From positions 63,393,472-63,417,751 of the forward strand of contig JANKJI020000004.1 in NCBI GenBank assembly GCA_024626585.2: 24,280 bases of DNA. The letters run 5' to 3'. The translations under genes were made by a program, and so were the position numbers. This DNA comes from Ginkgo biloba. Its lineage: Eukaryota > Plantae > Ginkgophyta. Below are positions 21,126-24,280 of this stretch, one piece after another. Under the pieces are notes generated by a model that saw nothing but the letters and a program-made list of their open reading frames with translations, made no database searches and was not told where the DNA came from. Numbering within the stretch: the stretch's first letter is position 1; each line of letters starts with the position of its first letter.

Positions 21126-22619
21126 AATAATAATTATTCATTATAAAATATTAAAAAATCAAATACACTTATATCCTTGTAAGGATACACCTATGATATT
21201 ATTTAATATTATATTGTATAAAAAAACATTAAGATCATGGAAATTGAGCCTACTAAACATTGAATGAATATTATTAAGTGAATTTTGTTTCTTCTTCATG
21301 TGAATAAATTATGTGGATTAGTTTTCCTAAGATGATGGTGAAGTTATTGTGGTGGAAGATTAAATGTCACACAAAAGTGGGGTTTTGGNNNNNNNNNNNN
21401 NNNNNNNNNNNNNNNNNNNNNNNNNNNNNNNNNNNNNNNNNNNNNNNNNNNNNNNNNNNNNNNNNNNNNNNNNNNNNNNNNNNNNNNNNNNNNNNNNNNN
21501 NNNNNNNNNNNNNNNNNNNNNNNNNNNNNNNNNNNNNNNNNNNNNNNATTTCCTAAAAAATAAAGAATTTGAAAAAAAAAAAATTTGAGAATGAGAAGAA
21601 TCTTAGTAACATACCTCATCATTTCCACTTTCTTTAGTTGTAATAACCTCTCTAATATTATTTTCTTGATTGTTTTTATCCTTCAAAGAATCCATGCTAA
21701 AAAATTAGAGAAAAAATAAGAAATTTGTATTTGACATCTTCTAATAAAACTCTCAATCTCTAGGCCAAATCTAAGCTCTATCTAACAAAATAAATCTCTA
21801 AAAATATCCAAACAACTTAGTCCAAATCTCTCTAAAATGTTTAAAAATATACCAAAATATCATGGAAAAGCCTTCATAAAACTAAACAAATATTGGGGGG
21901 AAAGCCAAGTAAAAAAGGTCTCTAAATAGGCCTTTTTTTGCTAAAAAATTACGATCCTTATAGAGGCCAATTTTAAAACTAATCAAAATTGAGGCCCAGG
22001 TGTCAATCTAGGGTTATTTTCATGTAGTTTCTAAGTCAAATTTAATAATTTTCATTCAATTTTTTCATGTATTAGAATTAAAGATAGAGTTTTTATCAAT
22101 TTGTCTTTTCCAATTATTATTAATTTTGTTTTGTAATTTTCATAGGCAGAAAGGTGAGATTCTAAGAAATGAGTGGGTCATCAAAAACACATTCATATAA
22201 TAATTATGATCCATCAACAATATTTATTATGAGTGTTATTTTATTAAATTAAAATTTAATTAATTTATAATACATGCTCACAATTAAATATTTTCATATG
22301 AATTTATAATTTTGGGGGGAGAATGCTCTATTACACCTGAAAGTAGTTCAAAGGCTTTATCAAAGCATGTCATCTCTAAAAAAACTATCACTCTTGATGA
22401 CTCAATGGTAAGAAATCAATAAATTAGTAGTATTTTTCAGTTTAATTTTCTTTTATATATATTTATGTCTATAGGATGTACATACCTATAATAATAAATA
22501 TTAATTAATGCATATACATAAACATATGCACACAAAAACATATGTATGCATGATTATTCTTGACTTAGCATACATTAACATACTAAAGTACCCATATTAT
22601 ATGGTGTTAATATCTTGAT

Positions 22620-22938
22620 AAGCATCTAATAATATACCTATATATATATATATACACTACCTTTTTTTTATATAGTTATTAATATGTAATATGTTATTAT
22701 ATACCTAAGCCTTTATACACACACATACACACACACACACACATATACACGTGTATACATACTTATAAAAATATATTATTATACTTACATATTATTGTAT
22801 ACGTATATTAGTTACTAGATATATACATATACACACAATATGTGAATTCTTATAATTATTTTTATAATATACATATATATATTATATATGTATATTATAC
22901 CTAAATACTAGTTATTATACCTATCTATCTATCTATCT
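22620..22938. repeat. Compound low-complexity (TA)n/(CA)n/(CTAT)n tract
   Basis: Read directly. Confidence 0.8.
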
Positions 22939-22963
22939 AACATAGCCCCTCCTAGGAACGAGG

Positions 22964-24280
22964 ATGTACTCCTCAACCAATGTTTGCACAATGAAAGAAA
23001 TTCACATAGATTGAAAGAAAAATAAACACTTGCATAAGAACATAATTCAAAAATTTAACATCTCATTTATATGACATTAAAACACGCTCTCTTATTACAT
23101 GAAAAATATTTCTCTTATTACATTCTCCCCCACTAGGGTTCAATTCTCAAAAACCACTTTCTTCCTTCCTCCACCTTGGAGGGGATACATGAAATAAATA
23201 AAAAAATAACCTCCTCTCAATGACCACTACCAAACGAGGTTCTCCTATGCTGCTCAAATCCTGTGTCTTCCAATAGATTCCTCCTTCCTCTATCTTGCAG
23301 GCAATTCCTAAATCCCTATAGCCAAAGGTTCTTTTCACCTTCTTTACCTCATTGGTTTGGTCCCATTGACCTATCCTCTTTCCTTACTTTCCTCTTTGAT
23401 GCCTATTATAGATGCCTTCTTCCTTTACTTCCAAGCTGCCCTCTTCCCTATGCACCAAAAAATCTTAACTTCTTTTTCCTCTAGTTGCCAAGGTCATTAG
23501 GCCCCATCCCTCCAAAATCCTCACCTACCTCTCATTAATTTTAAAAAGATTTTTTGGAGCCTTAACTACAATTTGTTTTGCATACTATAGGTGAAATAAT
23601 GTCCACTTGGATATATTCCCGATGTGCCATTAATCCCCCTGAGTCGCCATTAAATTTTTTATAATTTTAATTTTTGTTGCAGGTCTTTAGGTCATTTGTC
23701 AACTCATAGAAAAATAACCTAAGTTGTTCATCATCTTATTTTTCCATCGCTCCTTTATCTCCATCCCTTATGCTCATTCATATAACCCCTTTACGCCATT
23801 TGTCAACCTCCTTTAAGTCGTTCTTCTATCTTCTTTAGCCCATTTGTTAGCCTTCCACTGCATGATTGTCAAATCTAATTTAACAGTTCTTCATTATTTT
23901 TTCTTCCCTTTATAGGGTTATATTTCACCTGTAATTTTTTCACTCTAGTTGGTACTTCCTTTAGGTCATTTTCTTCGACCCTCTTCTTCCTTCATCCAAA
24001 ATCAATCCACTTTTACCTCATTCATTTAAAATTCCTCCACCAACTCTTCCAAAACTATTGAAAAGACCATAACTTAGCAAAATCATAGTGATGCCCCTAC
24101 ATCATCCTCCCTAAGTTGTAAAATATTGCATGGGATCCTACTCATGCTCATGCTCAAACTCCTTTAACATTCATCCAACACCCTCCATTCTTTTCTTTTG
24201 TTCCAAGCGTTGTACTTGGATGATAATCTACTTCTTCTTCATTCAACACCTGCTATTATGCACTTCCAATTACTATCTTT
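22964..24280 (-). mobile_element. 3' end of another LTR element: purine-rich internal region, PPT (AGTGGGGGAGAA) and LTR start TGTAATAAGAG at 23122
   Basis: PPT+TG junction; the 13-mer TCTCTTATTACAT is duplicated at 23088 and 23111. No domain is recognised in the internal part. Confidence 0.45.

Overview
This is AT-rich, gap-ridden eukaryotic plant DNA, probably from a gymnosperm (inferred from the retroelement family motifs). It contains no intact gene, and most of the supplied ORFs are artefacts of N-runs or antisense reading. Bases 1-14.5 kb hold heavily C->T-decayed Ty3/gypsy non-chromovirus (Tat/Athila-group) relics: a + strand integrase with a PPT, and a - strand gag-end/PR/RT/RH/INT polyprotein with a ~540-bp RT duplication across a gap. 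The notable part is 15.0-20.3 kb, a head-to-tail - strand array of three non-autonomous short-LTR units. Each unit has a Met-tRNA PBS and a shared leader, and carries sense-oriented, intron-free host coding fragments instead of gag-pol. Unit 1 carries splicing factor SF1, unit 2 carries the CHR5/CHD1 N-terminus fused in frame to a PLS-class PPR fragment, and unit 3 carries a DnaJ13 (DNAJC11-like) fragment that is circularly permuted, as expected from a circular RNA or cDNA intermediate. Bases 20.3-24.3 kb contain microsatellites, Helitron-like termini and another PPT/LTR end. All protein identities come from manual translation and recalled family motifs, not from database searches.
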